Positions 12,831 through 27,158 of a stretch of DNA of 64,000 nt are shown here, piece after piece (within the stretch, counting starts at the first letter, position 1; each line of letters opens with the position of its first letter). Source of the stretch: Octopus vulgaris (taxonomy: Eukaryota). The stretch spans positions 54,188,001 to 54,252,000 of the forward strand of contig OX597822.1 of NCBI GenBank assembly GCA_951406725.2, given 5' to 3'. A program made the position numbers and the translations under genes. The notes below the pieces were generated by a model. It was not told the origin of the DNA, made no database searches, and saw only the letters and a list, made by a program, of their open reading frames with translations.

Positions 12831-14043
12831 GGAGTTGGACAAAATAATGGAAACACCTTAAAATTTCAAGCAAATTTATTTTAATATGGGGTAGGACCGC
12901 CTTTGGCAGTAATTACAGCTTGAATTCTATGAGATATGGACTCATACAAAGTTTCAATTGTTTCCAAAGGAATTTTTGTCGATTCTTCAGCTAAAACAGT
13001 CTCCAGTTCTTGCAGTGATGATGATGGAGGATATCGACTCCTTACTTGTTTTTCTAAAATGCACCGTAAATATTCAATAATATTGAGATCTGGGGACTGT
13101 GGTGGCTAGATAAGATGTTCAACTTCACTAGAATGTTCCTGATGCTATTCAGTAACAGCTTTAGCTGTGTGAATTGGTGCATTATTATCTTAAAAGATTG
13201 CGTTTCCCTCAGGAAACAGTTCCGCAACGATAGGATGAATTTGATCAGATAAAATGCTTAAATAATCTTGACTATTAATTCTGCCATGAAGGGAAACCAT
13301 TGGACCGGTGGGTTTCCAAGATATAGCCCCTACCAGATCATCACAGATCCTCCTCCATGTTTAACAGTTGGAAGAAGGCAGTCTGGGTCAAATACTTCTT
13401 TTGCTGTCTCCACTCGTATACTCGGCCGGTGGGCAGAAATAAGGTAAATGATAACTTGTCTGAGAAAATAACATTCTTCCACTGCTCTAGGGACCAATTC
13501 TGTAGGTTTTTATTCCACTCTAAATGCTTTGCAACATTTGTTTTTGAAAGTTGTGCAGCTCCTGGCGAACAGTTTTTGTAGAAACATGGTTCTCGAGGTG
13601 GTCGTTAAGCTCTGCAATAATTTTTGGGGCTGTACTTTTGTGATCCTTTCTAACAATTTGCATATGAGTCTGACACTCCCTGTCTGAAAGTTTTGGTTTT
13701 CTTCTGGAGTTTTGTTTTGACAAGGAAGTTTTTCCCTTTTTCTCCAAGGCTGTCATTGTTTTTGAGACAGTACTTCTTGATACACCAAACATTTTGGCTG
13801 TTTTCATTATGCTAGTGCCAGCCATACGAGCACCAGCAATTTGACTTCTTTGAAAGTTCGATAGACCTGTCATTTTAATGAATTTTAATTACCTTTTTCT
13901 GATGATATCTGAAAAGAAACAGCAACATATTAAGCAACACTAATAATAAATCAAAAAACATAAAAATAAACAAGCTTTTGATGGTTTTATAGATATTTCA
14001 AAATTGTGATGCTTGATGTTTCCATTATTTTGTCCAACCCCTG
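12828..14043 (-). mobile_element. Tc1-family (DD34E) DNA transposon, near full length, inactivated
   Basis: TIRs GGGGTTGGACAAAATAATGGAAACA in a TA context; HTH start MTGLSNFQRSQIAGARMAG (13873); VIFSD, TVKHGGGSVMIW, F*DNNAPIH and PPQSPDLNIIE motifs, with stops and frameshifts. Confidence 0.92.
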
Positions 14044-14277
14044 TATATACGTACATACATACATATACACACACATATATAGAGGTTTCTTTCGCTTTCT
14101 GCCTTCTAAATCTATCCACAAGGCTTTGGTCAGCCTAGAGTTTTCATTGAAGACACTTGTAGATGGTGTCATGTAACCCTCTGAGAGCATGGAAAAAAGC
14201 ATAAAAATCATGAATGTGTGTGTGTTTATATATATATAAAACCAATATAAAACCAAAAAAGAAAAAGTCAGTCGTCA

Positions 14278-14320
<43 letters not shown>

Positions 14321-14379
14321 GCCATGATAGATAGTTAGCCACTACACACATTTTTTCTCTCCTTGTTTTTTCTCTGTTC

Positions 14380-14415
14380 CTTTCTGTAGAAGAGCGTAGG
14401 CTCGAAACGTAAAAG
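14380..14415 (+). ncRNA. Minimal type I hammerhead-like motif with A6->U core, in a (TA)n-flanked repeat (about 14320-14505)
   Basis: CTTT-CTGTAGA-A-GAGC-GTAG-GCTC-GAAA-CG-TA-AAAG: stem I, stem II, GAAA, palindromic ACGT in place of stem III, GUA triplet. Confidence 0.55.
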
Positions 14416-14911
14416 ACTTTTTCTATTCTTGAGCATTATACTAATACATCCGTTTGTTTTGTACACCACCTGTCTTCGTCTTTTGTTTTTTTCGTAAACT
14501 CTCCCTATATATATATATGTATACATATATATATGTTTATATATATATGTATATATATCATCATCATTGTGTTTTAATGTCTGCTTTCTGTGCCGTTGTG
14601 GGTTGGATGGTTTGACTGAGAACTGGTATGCTGGGAGGCTGCACCAGGTTCCAGTCTGATTTGGATGCCCTTCCTAACACCAACCACTCCGAGATTGTAG
14701 TGGGTGCTTTTATGTGCCACCAGCATGGGATCCAGTCCGGTGGCATCAGCATTGGCCATGCTCGAATGTTGCTTTTTATGTGCCACTGGCATAGGTGCCA
14801 GTCAGTGGTGCTATGCACATATATACACATATTCATCTTTTTCTCTCTGTTTAAGATACGCACGCGCACACACACACACACATATACATATACTAACAAT
14901 GTGTGTGTGTA

Positions 14912-14942
<31 letters not shown>

Positions 14943-17034
14943 CTAATGTATCAATGCTCCTGTCTGTGTATTATTATTGTGCCAAATTAATTTGCCAGCA
15001 ACACTCCCTGCCAAATTTTGTATAACTTACAGTGAGATTTCCCTAGATTTCTTCTCATAGTTGACTCATAGTTAAGAGCATCTGAAATCAATATTGTGGT
15101 GCCATGCTGGGTGATGAGTGTAAGGTTTCTCATCTCATCACACTGTTAAATGCTAACACTATTCATACCAGATGTTGCTAAGCTTCTCTACTTTAGCTTG
15201 ATCAATTCCAGCAAGAGTCAATTAGTTCGTTGTTGCTGTCTTTAGATCTTCATTTCTTAGGTTTTTATACTTCATACACACCTAACCTGGTTTGTGTTGC
15301 TGCTGCTATTGTTGTTGTCAGCTTTTTAGTTAATGTTGTTGTTGTTTTTGTTGTTAATCTGGTTTGTGTATTGACATCTGTTTTAAATGAAAGCTGTCGT
15401 TTGACTGGAGTGGGCTAATGATTAACATAGTTAAATAGGGAGATATTTTAAATACACCTTGCCTCCTTATGCATCCCTAATTCTTTTTAATTAACCATAT
15501 TCAGGTATCTTAATCTCTGCTCCCTGCTAACTCTGTGTGCGTTTGTGTGTTGCAATAATAAATGAAGTGGAAAAAAAATTCTGCTTACCCCCACCTTTTG
15601 AAAACAGAGCAATAGCAAAAAGACAATACAGAATAACATGAATAATAATTATAGATAAAGCCTAAAATTAATTTGTAATGCACGTGTGTGTGAGAAAGAG
15701 CATTTGTATGTGTGTGTGTGATGTTGATCATCATCTGCATCATCATCATCATCATATTTTTCCTGTGCGGATGTGGACTGCATTAGTGTGCAGTCTCTCC
15801 CTCTGTCTCTGTATGTTTATGTATATTCATGTATCTTTATTGACTATTCTTAATTTCCTGCACACACATGTGTATATTTTACTATGAACTATTTTATACA
15901 CAACACAGTCTATATTAGATAACCTGTTTCAATGTAGGTAGACCTACAGTTTAAACAATGAGCTTCATCACAAAATGTAAAAATTTTTTATGTCTTTCCT
16001 CAGAGAAAAATATAGGGATTTTGATGACTTGTGTCTGCTCCTTAAGAACACGTTTCTACTTGGAGAGCCATCAGAATTTTCAGTCTACAAAGGCATTGAA
16101 CTTATTACTATATTTATTAAGCATAAACCATGACTTTGATGACATTGTCTGTCCAGTTTTCATAACCATTAATTCATTGTCAGTGTGGTTAATTTTTTAT
16201 GCACAGCACTTACATTAGCAAAAGTTTCCACTGATGTTTTAGTAGCTATGCAGTACAATATTGGAGAATATAAACTTGTTTGATTTCTCAACAACCAATA
16301 ATCCTTTCTACTATAGGTACAAGGTCTGAAATTTTGGTTGACTACATTAACCCAAGTGTGTAACTGGTACATAATTTATTGCTCCCCTACAAAAAAAAAA
16401 TGGCAAAAGGCAAAGTCCACCTCTGTGTAATTTGAACTCACAATGTAATGACATGAAATATTACTAAGTATTTTTTCTGGTGTGCTAACTATACTGCCAG
16501 CTTGCTGCTTTCAGCAACCAGTAATAATGGTTAATGTGCTTGAACAAAATATCTCACGCTATTTAGTCATAACTTTTTTGTCATCTGAATTTATTTTTAC
16601 TAAAGGGCAGTGCCTATGACCCTTAATTTATTTTTTCTGGGTTTCTACGACTGGTAGGTGAAGGAGAAGTTGTCCTCACATCTGAATGCTTGAAACAGAA
16701 TGAGCTTCAGTGGGGTTAAACCAGATGGTAGATTGTCTGCTAACCAACCAATCTCAAAAGGATGAACAAAAAAAAAAAAAGACCCCAAAGATATTAGAGA
16801 ATGCAGAGTGCAGAGAACTGTATATATATATATATATATACAGGTATAGGTGTGGCTGAGTGTTTATTAGGCTTGCTTAACCATGAGGGTTTAGGTGCAG
16901 TTCCATTGTGCAGCACTTGGGGCAGGTGTCTTCTACTATAGCCCTGGGCTGAGCAAAGCCTTGTGAGTAGATTTGATAGTTAGAAACTGAAAGAAGCCTG
17001 TTGTACATGCATACATACATATATACATACATAC

Positions 17035-17073
<39 letters not shown>

Positions 17074-17786
17074 ATCTTCATTTGACCTCCACCACTGCTT
17101 GACAACCAAGTTGGTTTGTTTATGTCACGATAACTTAGTGGTTCAGCAGAAGAGACTGATAGAATAAGTACTAGGATTTAATCGATTTGTTTGACTAAAC
17201 CCTTGAAAGTGGTACCTCAACATGGACACAGTCCAGTGACTGAAACAAGTAACAGAAAAGGTTGCAGTTGTGAGCAATAGCATCATTGGTCAGAGGTTAA
17301 AGGTTTGCAGTGGACTAATCACTGGTTCACTACATTTAGGATGGTGACACTAATGTCTGGAACTTGCTTGGTTTTGTTTGAAAGACATCAGTTTAAAAAA
17401 TTTTTTTTTGCCTATTGTTTGTTTTTGCTAATATACAAATATATGTATGATTTTCCTTTAAGTTCTTGAGAGAGTTCAATATGTCTGTCTACCTGCCTGC
17501 CCACCTGCCTATTTGTTTGTCTGTCTGTCTCTTTTTAATTTTAGAGTAAATTTTGACTGGCCACCTTACTTGGTAGCAAGATTTGGAAGGGAAGTATCTT
17601 GATTTAACCATCATCCTTTAGTTCTTTAGACGATCTTGCCGATTTTTATAGTCCCAGATATCGTGACCATTTGTAGTATATGAATTAAGGATTTGTGTCC
17701 TCTTTCCAAGATCCCAAGTTCAACCATACTTTGCTCCAGTCATTTAACTCCAACAGTTTTCTTTCTGATTAACATGGCACATAATA

Positions 17787-17871
17787 CTCCTGATGATTTG
17801 GGTAAACAAAACTTTCACACTTATATAATTATCGAATTGATAATGTTTATCCTAAGGAAACGGCTGTTGAG
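17787..17871 (+). ncRNA. Type I hammerhead ribozyme motif
   Basis: CTC-CTGATGA-TTTGGGTAAACA...TGTTTATCCTAAG-GAAA-CGGCTG-TT-GAG. Confidence 0.65.
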
Positions 17872-18088
17872 CACATTTAAAGTATGAACTATATGTGAAA
17901 ATTATGCTTTTCTACCTTTATTTTAAGTACAATGTAATGAGACTGAACCTAGAATCAAGTGGTTGCAAAGAACATTTCTTAAGCTACATGATAGAAGTCT
18001 AAGTATAGTAAGTCAGACAATAATGCATATTTAGTTTAATGCTCTACCATATCTGTCACATTACCAGAAACATTAATGTCAACTGCAT

Positions 18089-18129
<41 letters not shown>

Positions 18130-18971
18130 TACACACATTTTATCTAGTGTGGAGATATTAAAGTAGAGAGACTGAAATGTAATGCAGTGCATATTATCTG
18201 TAAACAGATCCATCAAAGAACATTCTTTCATGTAAAATTCTGATATAAAACAACAAACTCCCACAGACTGACTCCTCCTCCCCCTTTTCCTTCTTCCCAT
18301 CCTCCTTCTCCCTATCCACCTTTCTACATGAAACTATTAGCTCTTGTTCTAATCTTACAAGACAGAAAATGAAAGAAAACAAAAAAAAAAAGGTGAATAC
18401 TCCACCACCACCACCGCCGCCAAAAACCTAAAGGACAATATGATATGACAGGAGATATGTTCATTGATTCTTGCTTGGTGTGTAGTTAATGCCATTCCAA
18501 GGAATTTATTGGTTTCTCTACCATTTGAAGTCATGGGTGTAATAATTGGTGACACAAAATATTGCTATTTGTTTTTTAAATTTTTTTCTCTTAATGTTTC
18601 ACCTCAAAATTTTAAAGGTCTACATTATTGTTTTGTTAGTTTTTACCAACATAGTATTGTGTAATATTATTGTAAAAATGTTACTGTAGCGTTATGATAA
18701 AAGATTAGATTGAAAGAAACTCTGTAGACTTTCATTACATTGAGTACACCTGTTCTTGGGTTGTAGACTTTAAACATGTTGCCTGGTTAAATACAAGTAT
18801 CTGGCCCTTGGCTACCTTTATTTGACCCTTTTGCAAGCATTTGGAACAAGTTTCTGGTCTGAGTATATCAAGGACTTCCTCCCTTTTCATTACCACTCTT
18901 TGAGGCCTTACAAAAGGTCACAGGCACTGACCTTTCTCTTCTGACTCAGCATCAGAATTAAAGTTTTTTTT

Positions 18972-19455
18972 TTACCCTTTTGACACCAACTTGCTTGAGA
19001 CCATCCCTGGTTCTATGATACAAACTTCTTATTTTAATGTGATTTAACCTCTTAGCATTTAAACTGGCCATATCTGGCCCCAATATTCTACATGTTTTAT
19101 ATTCAAACTGGCCATATCTAGCCTCTCACACCTAACCTACACTAACATTCTAAAAATAATCAATCACATAACTGAAACCTCAAAACTAAAAGGGAATGCA
19201 TGATTAACTCAAAACAATTTGAATATAAAAACATTATATTTGACAGAGTAATCTGAATACTCTTTTACCTATTTCAGTCATTTGACTGTGGCCATGTTGG
19301 AGCACCACCTTTAGTCAAGCAAATTGACCAGGACTTATTCTTTGTAAGCCTAGTACTTATCCTATCAGTCTCTTTTGCTGAACCACTAAGTTACGGAGAC
19401 ATAAACGCACCACCATCGGTTGTCAAGCGATGTTGGGGGGACAAACACAGACACA

Positions 19456-19501
<46 letters not shown>

Positions 19502-19825
19502 CATATATACGACAGGCTTCTTTCAGTTTCTGTCTACCAAATCCACTCACAAGGCTTTGGTCGGCCCGAGGCTATAGTAGAAGACACTTGCCCAAGGTGC
19601 CACGCAGTGGAATTGAACCCGGAACCATGTGGTTGGTAAGCAAGCTACTTACCACACAGCCACTCCTGCGCCTAATGCTAAAGGTTTAAGTTAAAACCTT
19701 CCATCAAATGTTCCAAACACCAGCTAAATAAAGACGAAGTTATTTTACTAAATTCTCTATTATTTTAAAAATTAATTGAAACAAAAGCTGTGTATTTCAA
19801 CAGAAATATGGCAACAAAAGAATTA
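18972..19825. mobile_element. Nested TTAA MITEs with an internal family A SINE
   Basis: CCCTTTTGACACC-type MITE interrupted at a TTAA by a CCTCTTAGCATT-type MITE, itself interrupted by a minus-strand SINE. Confidence 0.65.
19262..19672 (-). mobile_element. SINE family A (tRNA-derived head, CORE-like CCTTGGGCAAGTG segment)
   Basis: Full copy homologous to 26170-26582, 48172-48955, 52945-53325 and 61976-62365; internal (CA)n/(TA)n tract. Confidence 0.85.
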
Positions 19826-20961
19826 AAATGATTATTGGAATATGGGTGAGTGCTAATTATTTTATTGACATTATTGACTCAACTTATACCTGTTTAAATA
19901 ATGTGAAAGAGATGAAAATATTGTAATTCATATCAAATATCAAAATGGTAATAGATGAATGGTAAGAGATGAATTGTATGTAAAACGTTGCTTTTTTCTC
20001 TGTAAGTTGTATAATCCATTGAATACTGGTATAGGTTACTCAGAACAATATCTGAATGGGTCAGGGAACATTTGCTAAATGAATTTGTTGAAAACATATT
20101 GGTCGCAAATGTATTGTCTAAATTGATTGGAAAACAAATTGATTGAGAACATCCTAGGCGAAGAAAAGGCAGAATTTTTATTGCAATTTTAATATTTTAC
20201 ATCGAAGCACATAATGAAATAACATATTGATTTATTGATACTTAAATGTAAATCAGAATTTATAGATTACATATAATCTGCACAGTTTGACTTACAGTTG
20301 AAAAATTTATTTGTAATTAACAGTCCTCATGGAAATTTCACAGTCCATTTTGTGGTACAGTGTTAGCGCCATAAACATGTCATCTCCTTCAGAATCCTTT
20401 GATTGATTTCCTGGAAATCTTGTCTATTCTCTCCTAGCCTGTTTTCTCAATTTTCACTTGTATGAAATATTTCATTTATAATTCACCTTCTTTATTGAGT
20501 AACAATTCTTATTCTTTCCTCGTTAGCTTTCAGCTTGGTCATTCATCATATGACACCTTGTAGCTCCAGTTCTTGCATTAATTTCATTTCTTTCCTCCTA
20601 AATTAATGCTTCTTGTTATTCCTGATTCTCCTCTCTTTATTTTTAATTCTGATTTCTTCTCTTTGCCTTTTCCTCACTCTGTCCCTATATCTTCTCTGAC
20701 TCTCTTGATTCAGTTCTTTTGTCAGCATATATTGCCAGTTCTTTTGCTATTGTGCTCTGTCATTATTGCCTTACCATAACTCACCAAATACTATTTCAGT
20801 AATAAAATAATTTCAGAAGCATTGGATATTATGTAGTTGGTAACAGCTGTATCCAAGATATACTGTTACACATCTTTTTTGGAAAAAATTAGGAACACAG
20901 TTGTCAGTATAATAAATAGTTGGAAAAACTCTGTATCCTTGTGCACATATACACACACACT

Positions 20962-21018
<57 letters not shown>

Positions 21019-21274
21019 TTATGGCATGTGCACATATACACTTTACTCTCTTACATGCATGCATATGTGTGCTCACACACACACACACACACACACACAC
21101 AACTAATTGTCATCTATGCATGTTTGTATGTATGAGAGTGTGTATGTCAATAGCATTTGTTTGAATCTCTCTCTCTCTCGCTCACTCTCTCTCTCTCTCG
21201 CTCACTCTCTTTCACGTTCACTCTCTCTCGCTTACTCTCTTTCACGTTCACTCTCTCTCTCTCGCTAACTCACT

Positions 21275-21314
<40 letters not shown>

Positions 21315-23196
21315 AAGCTGGAATTAACTAAAACCATATTCAGTGAAATTGTAGTCACAGCTGATGCCAGCGCCATCTGACTGGCACTTGTGCTGGTGGC
21401 ACATAAAATGCACCATTCGAGCATTGGACCTCATGGAGGCAATGACAGGTGATCAAGACCTTTGGTGATATACCATGCATGTGTTGGCCTGTCAAACCAA
21501 ATGAGACCATAGTTGTGACCGATGCTGGTGTCAGGTCAATGGCACCCATGCTAGTGGCATGTAAAAAGCATCCACAAACACTCTTGGAGTGGTTGGCATT
21601 AAGAAGGGCATCCAGCCTTAGAAAAATTGCAAATCAGATTGGAACCTGGTGCAGCCTCCCGGCTTACCAGTTTTCAATCAAACTGTCCAACCCATGCCAG
21701 CATGGAAAGTGGACATTAAATGATGATGATGGTGATGTTGAGTAAACTGACTGATCATTGTGTTTTACATATATAAGAATAACCATTCTTAGCCCAATGA
21801 TTTGTTTTTACACAAATTATTTCTGAGGAAAATTTTCTGTGACTATTTTCACAGACTATTTTGTCTGTTAAATATTTTGCCATGTGCATTAAATATGATT
21901 GTGTGCACATATTTCATTCATCACTGTTTCATGTTTCTCCACTTAATCGTTATTGGTATTATAAGTAAAGAGGTTTTAACATTCAGATATTTATTCTGTG
22001 TTAGATGCTATAGGATAGGTAACAGATAGATTAATAGATATATAGTTGGCTTGAAAGCAAATAGATTAAGATAATATATGGTGACAATTTAAAACAAAAA
22101 TATGTGATGACAGATCACAAGCAAATACCTTGTCTAGACATTTACTTAGGATCTGTCATCATGTAGTTTTTAAATCCATCATCGTTATATTCATGAATAG
22201 AAGAATACAGATAAAAGTAATATATTTGTTTATCTATCTTAACATCTTATATATATATATCTGTCTATTTATTACCTATATACTCCCTCTCTCTCTCCCA
22301 ATTCCATTTTTCTCACTCACCCACACGCACATGATTGTGCTACTCTAATGCATGCATATGATAAATGTAAACATGACTGTGTACTTAAAACCTTTGCTTT
22401 GCAACCATGGGATCAAGTGGGATCTCTTACAGTCATTGGCCAACCAATGCCTTGTGATTTGATTTGGTAGTTGGAAACTGGAAGAAGCTTGTCATACAGT
22501 CCCACCCCATGCACATACATAAGAATTGACATGGAACCTGAATATTTTCTTAATTATTTAGAGATAGTGCATCTAGAAACCACTGTGTTCTCACATTCTA
22601 AGACAAACAGTTTTAATTTTATCTCTCTGCTTATATATAAGACTAAAACATGTCAAAGTAACATACTCATCAGTCGTATATCATCATCATCATCATCGTT
22701 TAATGTCCGCTTTCCATGCTGGCATAGGTTGGACGGTTCGACCTGGGTCTGGGAAGCCAGGAGGCTGCACCAGGCCCAGTCTGATCTGGCTGTGTTTCTA
22801 CTGCTGGATGCCCTTCCTAACACCAACCACTCCATGAGTGTAGTGGGTGCTTTTTACATGCCACCGGCATAGGTGCCAGATGAGGCTGACAATGGCCATG
22901 ATCGGTTGGTGCTTTTTATGTGCCACCACCACAGAGGCCAGTTGAGGTAGTGCTGGCAACGGCCACATTTGGATGGTTCTTTTACGTGCCACCAGCACTG
23001 GTATCACAACTACAATTTCCATTGATTTTTGATCGATTTCGATTTTACTTGGCTCAACAGGTCTTCGCAAGCAGAGTTTATATATATATATATATATATA
23101 TGCGTGTGTGTGTTTGTGTGTATATACATGTTTATATGTGTTTGTGTGTATATATATGTTTATATGTATATGGGTATATGTTTGTATATATATGTA

Positions 23197-23589
23197 TGTC
23201 GTTACCGTGGCACTCTGTTGGTTACAATGATGAGGGTTCCAGTTGATCCGATTAAAAGAACAGTCTGCTTGTGTAATAAGCATGTAAGTTGCTGAGCACT
23301 CCACAGACACATGTACCCTTAACGTAGTTCTCAGGGAGATTCAGTGTGACAGAGAGTGTGACAAGGCTGGCTCTTTGAAATATAAGAACAACAGAAACAG
23401 AAAAAAAGAGTGAAAAAAAGGAGTGGTGAAAGAGTATGGTAGAGTTTGCCAACAGCCCAATGCCACAGCTTCATAGGGCTGTAGTTGTTTTCGCTCAATA
23501 AATACTCACAATGCTTGGTCTGGGAATTGAAACTGTGATTCTACGACCGTGAGTCTCCTGCCCTAACAACTAGGCCATTGCGCTTCCAC
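23197..23589 (-). mobile_element. tRNA(Arg)-derived SINE, octopus OR2-like
   Basis: Minus-strand head GGAAGCGCAATGGCCTAGTTGTTAGGGCAG homologous to 216-330; different 3' half (GAGAACTACGTTAAGGGTAC...GGATCAACTGGAACCCTC). Confidence 0.7.
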
Positions 23590-23598
23590 ATATGTATG

Positions 23599-23630
<32 letters not shown>

Positions 23631-24236
23631 ATATATATATATATAAATATATATGTATGTATATATAATATAAATATATATCTTTATACATATACACATA
23701 TATATATATACCTATACATACATATCTTTATACATATACACATACATACATATCTTTATACATATACACGTACATATATATATATATACCTATACATACA
23801 TACATATATATATACCTATACATACATACATATATATATACCTATACATACATACATATATATATACCTATACATACATACATATATATATATACCTATA
23901 CATACATACATATATATATACCTATACATACATATATATATACCTATACATACATATATATATACCTATACATACATACATATATATATACCTATACATA
24001 CATACATATATGTATGTATGTATGTATGTATATATATAATATAAATATATATCTTTATACATATACACATATATATATATACCTATACATACATACATAT
24101 ATATATACCTATACATACATACATATATATATACCTATACATACATACATATATATATACCTATACATACATATATATATACCTATACATACATACATAT
24201 ATATATACCTATACATACATACATATATATATACCT

Positions 24237-24281
<45 letters not shown>

Positions 24282-24322
24282 CATACATACACATATATAT
24301 GTATGTATATACATGTATGCAT

Positions 24323-24371
<49 letters not shown>

Positions 24372-24651
24372 TATTTATATTATATATACATACATCATCA
24401 TCATCGTTTAACGTCCGCTTATATAGGTATATATATATGTATGTATGTATAGGTATATATATGTATGTGTATATGTATAAAGATATGTATGTATGTGTAT
24501 ATGTATAAAGATATGTATGTATAGGTATATATATATATGTGTATATGTATAAAGATATATATGTATAGGTATATGTATATATGTGTGTATATATATCTAT
24601 ATGTATATATATATATGTGTGTGTGTGTGTGTGAGTGTGTGCATATATGTG

Positions 24652-24690
<39 letters not shown>
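23590..24690. repeat. Compound micro/minisatellite (TATACCTATACATACATACATATA units) with an internal inversion
   Basis: Tandem units directly visible; orientation flips at 24421. Confidence 0.9.
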
Positions 24691-24692
<2 letters not shown>

Positions 24693-26169
24693 ATATATGT
24701 GTACCTACTCTGCAGGGTGGTTGGTATTAGGAAGGTCATCCAGCCATAAAAACCATGCCAAAACAGACATAAGTCTGGTGCAGACTTCAGCCTGGCCAGC
24801 TCTTGTCCAACCCATGCCAGCATGGAAAGCGGACATTAAACGATGATGATGACATGTAAATATAAATCATGTGGTTTAATAAAGATGTTTAAAAACTCAA
24901 ATAAATGCAGCCTACCTAATTTTGTGAACTACCGATGAAGAATATATACATATAACCACTATACTAAAATACCATCTGATTCAGCATGTATCGCTGTTCA
25001 GATATTTGCATAGACTAATGCTATGTTATTTTATTTATGGAGCTTAGTATATAAGGCAGAGACGTAAATAAGGAAATCATATTAGATTTTGATGCATCAT
25101 GAGTCATGTTTTTTTTTTACTGATAAACACAGTGTCCAACTTGTATTCTTGTCCTGACAAAGGTTTTTTTTAAAAATTGCTTTTAAAATACAAGAATTGC
25201 ATTTGGTTTAGATATTTTATTTCTTTGAAAATCTCATAATCTTTCTGAATACCTTGCACTCCTTTGTCATTTGCCAGTCTCTCATCAGCTCACCACACCC
25301 ACCTAGGGGGCGCTGACATGCAAGTTAAGAACCACTGCTGTAAATGGCACAGTTAATTAAATGTATTTTACAAGATAGTCGTGAAAATGATTAACCTGAG
25401 TTAACCAGTTTTAAAGACTTACAATTTTTTTCATGTAATTGAATGATGTTTGTCTTCATTCTTTCTTTCTTTCTTTCGTTTTCTTTCTTCATTTATTTAA
25501 CGCTACACAGGTTCTCATCCTTGGTTTTTAATTTTGGTATTTTTGATATCAATTTACATAAAAGTGATTGATAAGTTTCCTGATCCCAACTACCTGTAAG
25601 GGATGGATGTCAAAGCATACTGCAGAAAATAGATTTGTAATTTACTGGAGAGGAATCAGTGTTGGTGGAGGATTAGAACTGCTCAGTTTCAGTTAATTAA
25701 CCATTTACCATCTACCCACCACATTGTGTATAGAACTTTATCCATACACACACACGTGTTCACAGTGTACATAAAACATCTATTTCTCTAGCTATTCATC
25801 TTTCTATGCGTCTATGCATCTGTCTCTAAGCCTTTTCTTCTCTCTTATATATACCTCATCATACTTCAGTTTTCCATGCTTACATGGGCCATAAAGAATT
25901 TGTGGAGGTACATTTTCTATGGCTGGATGCTCTTCCTGTCACCAACCTTCACCTGTTTCCAAGCAAGGTAATATTTCCCCATAGACAAACATGTTTTTCA
26001 TGGAAGGCTTGAAACAAACAACATTGCTTGTATGATGGTGATGCTCATTTTCAACCATTCAATGTTATCAACATCAGAGTAGGGTTTTTAATCCAATGTT
26101 TACATGATATTATTTATATCTTTATCTGCTTCAAGATTCACTGTTCCAGTTAAGAAGTTTTTATATATA

Positions 26170-26339
26170 GGCGTGGGAGTGGCTGTGTTGTAAGTAGCTT
26201 GCTTACCAACCGCATGGTTCCGGGTTCAGTTCCACTGCGTGACACTTTAGGCAAGTGTCTTCTACTATAGCCTTGGGCCGACCAAAGCCTTGTGAGTAGA
26301 TTTGGTAGATGGAAACTGAAAGAAGCCTGTCGTATATAT

Positions 26340-26377
<38 letters not shown>

Positions 26378-26582
26378 GTATGTGTGTCTGTGTTTGTTCC
26401 CCCAACATCGCTTGACAACCGATGTTGGTGTGTTTACATCTCTGTAACTTAGCGTTTTGGCATAAGAGACCGATGGAATAAGTACTAGGCTTACAAAGAA
26501 TAAGTCCTGGGGTCGATTTGCTCGACTAAAAGGCAGTGCTCCAGCATGGCCACAGTCAAATGACTGAAACAAGTAAAAGAGT
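26170..26582 (+). mobile_element. SINE family A, full copy
   Basis: GGCGTGGGAGTGGCTGTG...GGGTTCAGTTCC...CCAGCATGGCCACAGTCAAATGACTGAAACAAGTAAAAGAG. Confidence 0.85.
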
Positions 26583-27158
26583 ATATGTGTGAAAAAACTA
26601 TTACTATGAGTACAGAGATTAATATATCTGCATATTTTTTCTCCTGTCAATTTTATGGCATATTTAGTTTAAATTTGTCTGATGTAAGTTTCTGTTGCAT
26701 AGAAATTAAAACCAAATACAGTGTAAAATTGGCTATAGAAATAAATGATATGCAGCTGTATTAATTTCTCTGTTGTAATTGTTTTTGATACACCCTCAGT
26801 AAAATACTCATAATCTAGCAAAACAAACCCAGGGTTTACCCACTAGTTGAATTACCGTGGGATTACTCATCCTAAGTAATCTTAGGTCCCCCTTACAATT
26901 TGATACGGTTAGCCTGGACCCAGTTATAACCGAGTACTTGTATGGTACCCATCTGAATAATTTATTCTTATCTTCTACCATTCACTTCAGGATTGGTAAC
27001 CACTCTGAGTTGTAGTTTGTGACCGATCACATGTGTGCTGAAGGTTGCTAAGGGATTTTATATTTAGATATAAATGGGGTACTTATGTGTTCTCTTGACT
27101 CTTGCTTCTGCTTTTTTCCATGGGTGCTTGTTAGTACTTCATTTATTTCTTATCGTAT

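Noticed and set aside
16004-16133. Acceptor plus peptide EKYRDFDDLCLLLKNTF as the missing KIAA0825 N-terminal exon
   Set aside because: Similarity is marginal and there is no GT donor in the required phase before the stop
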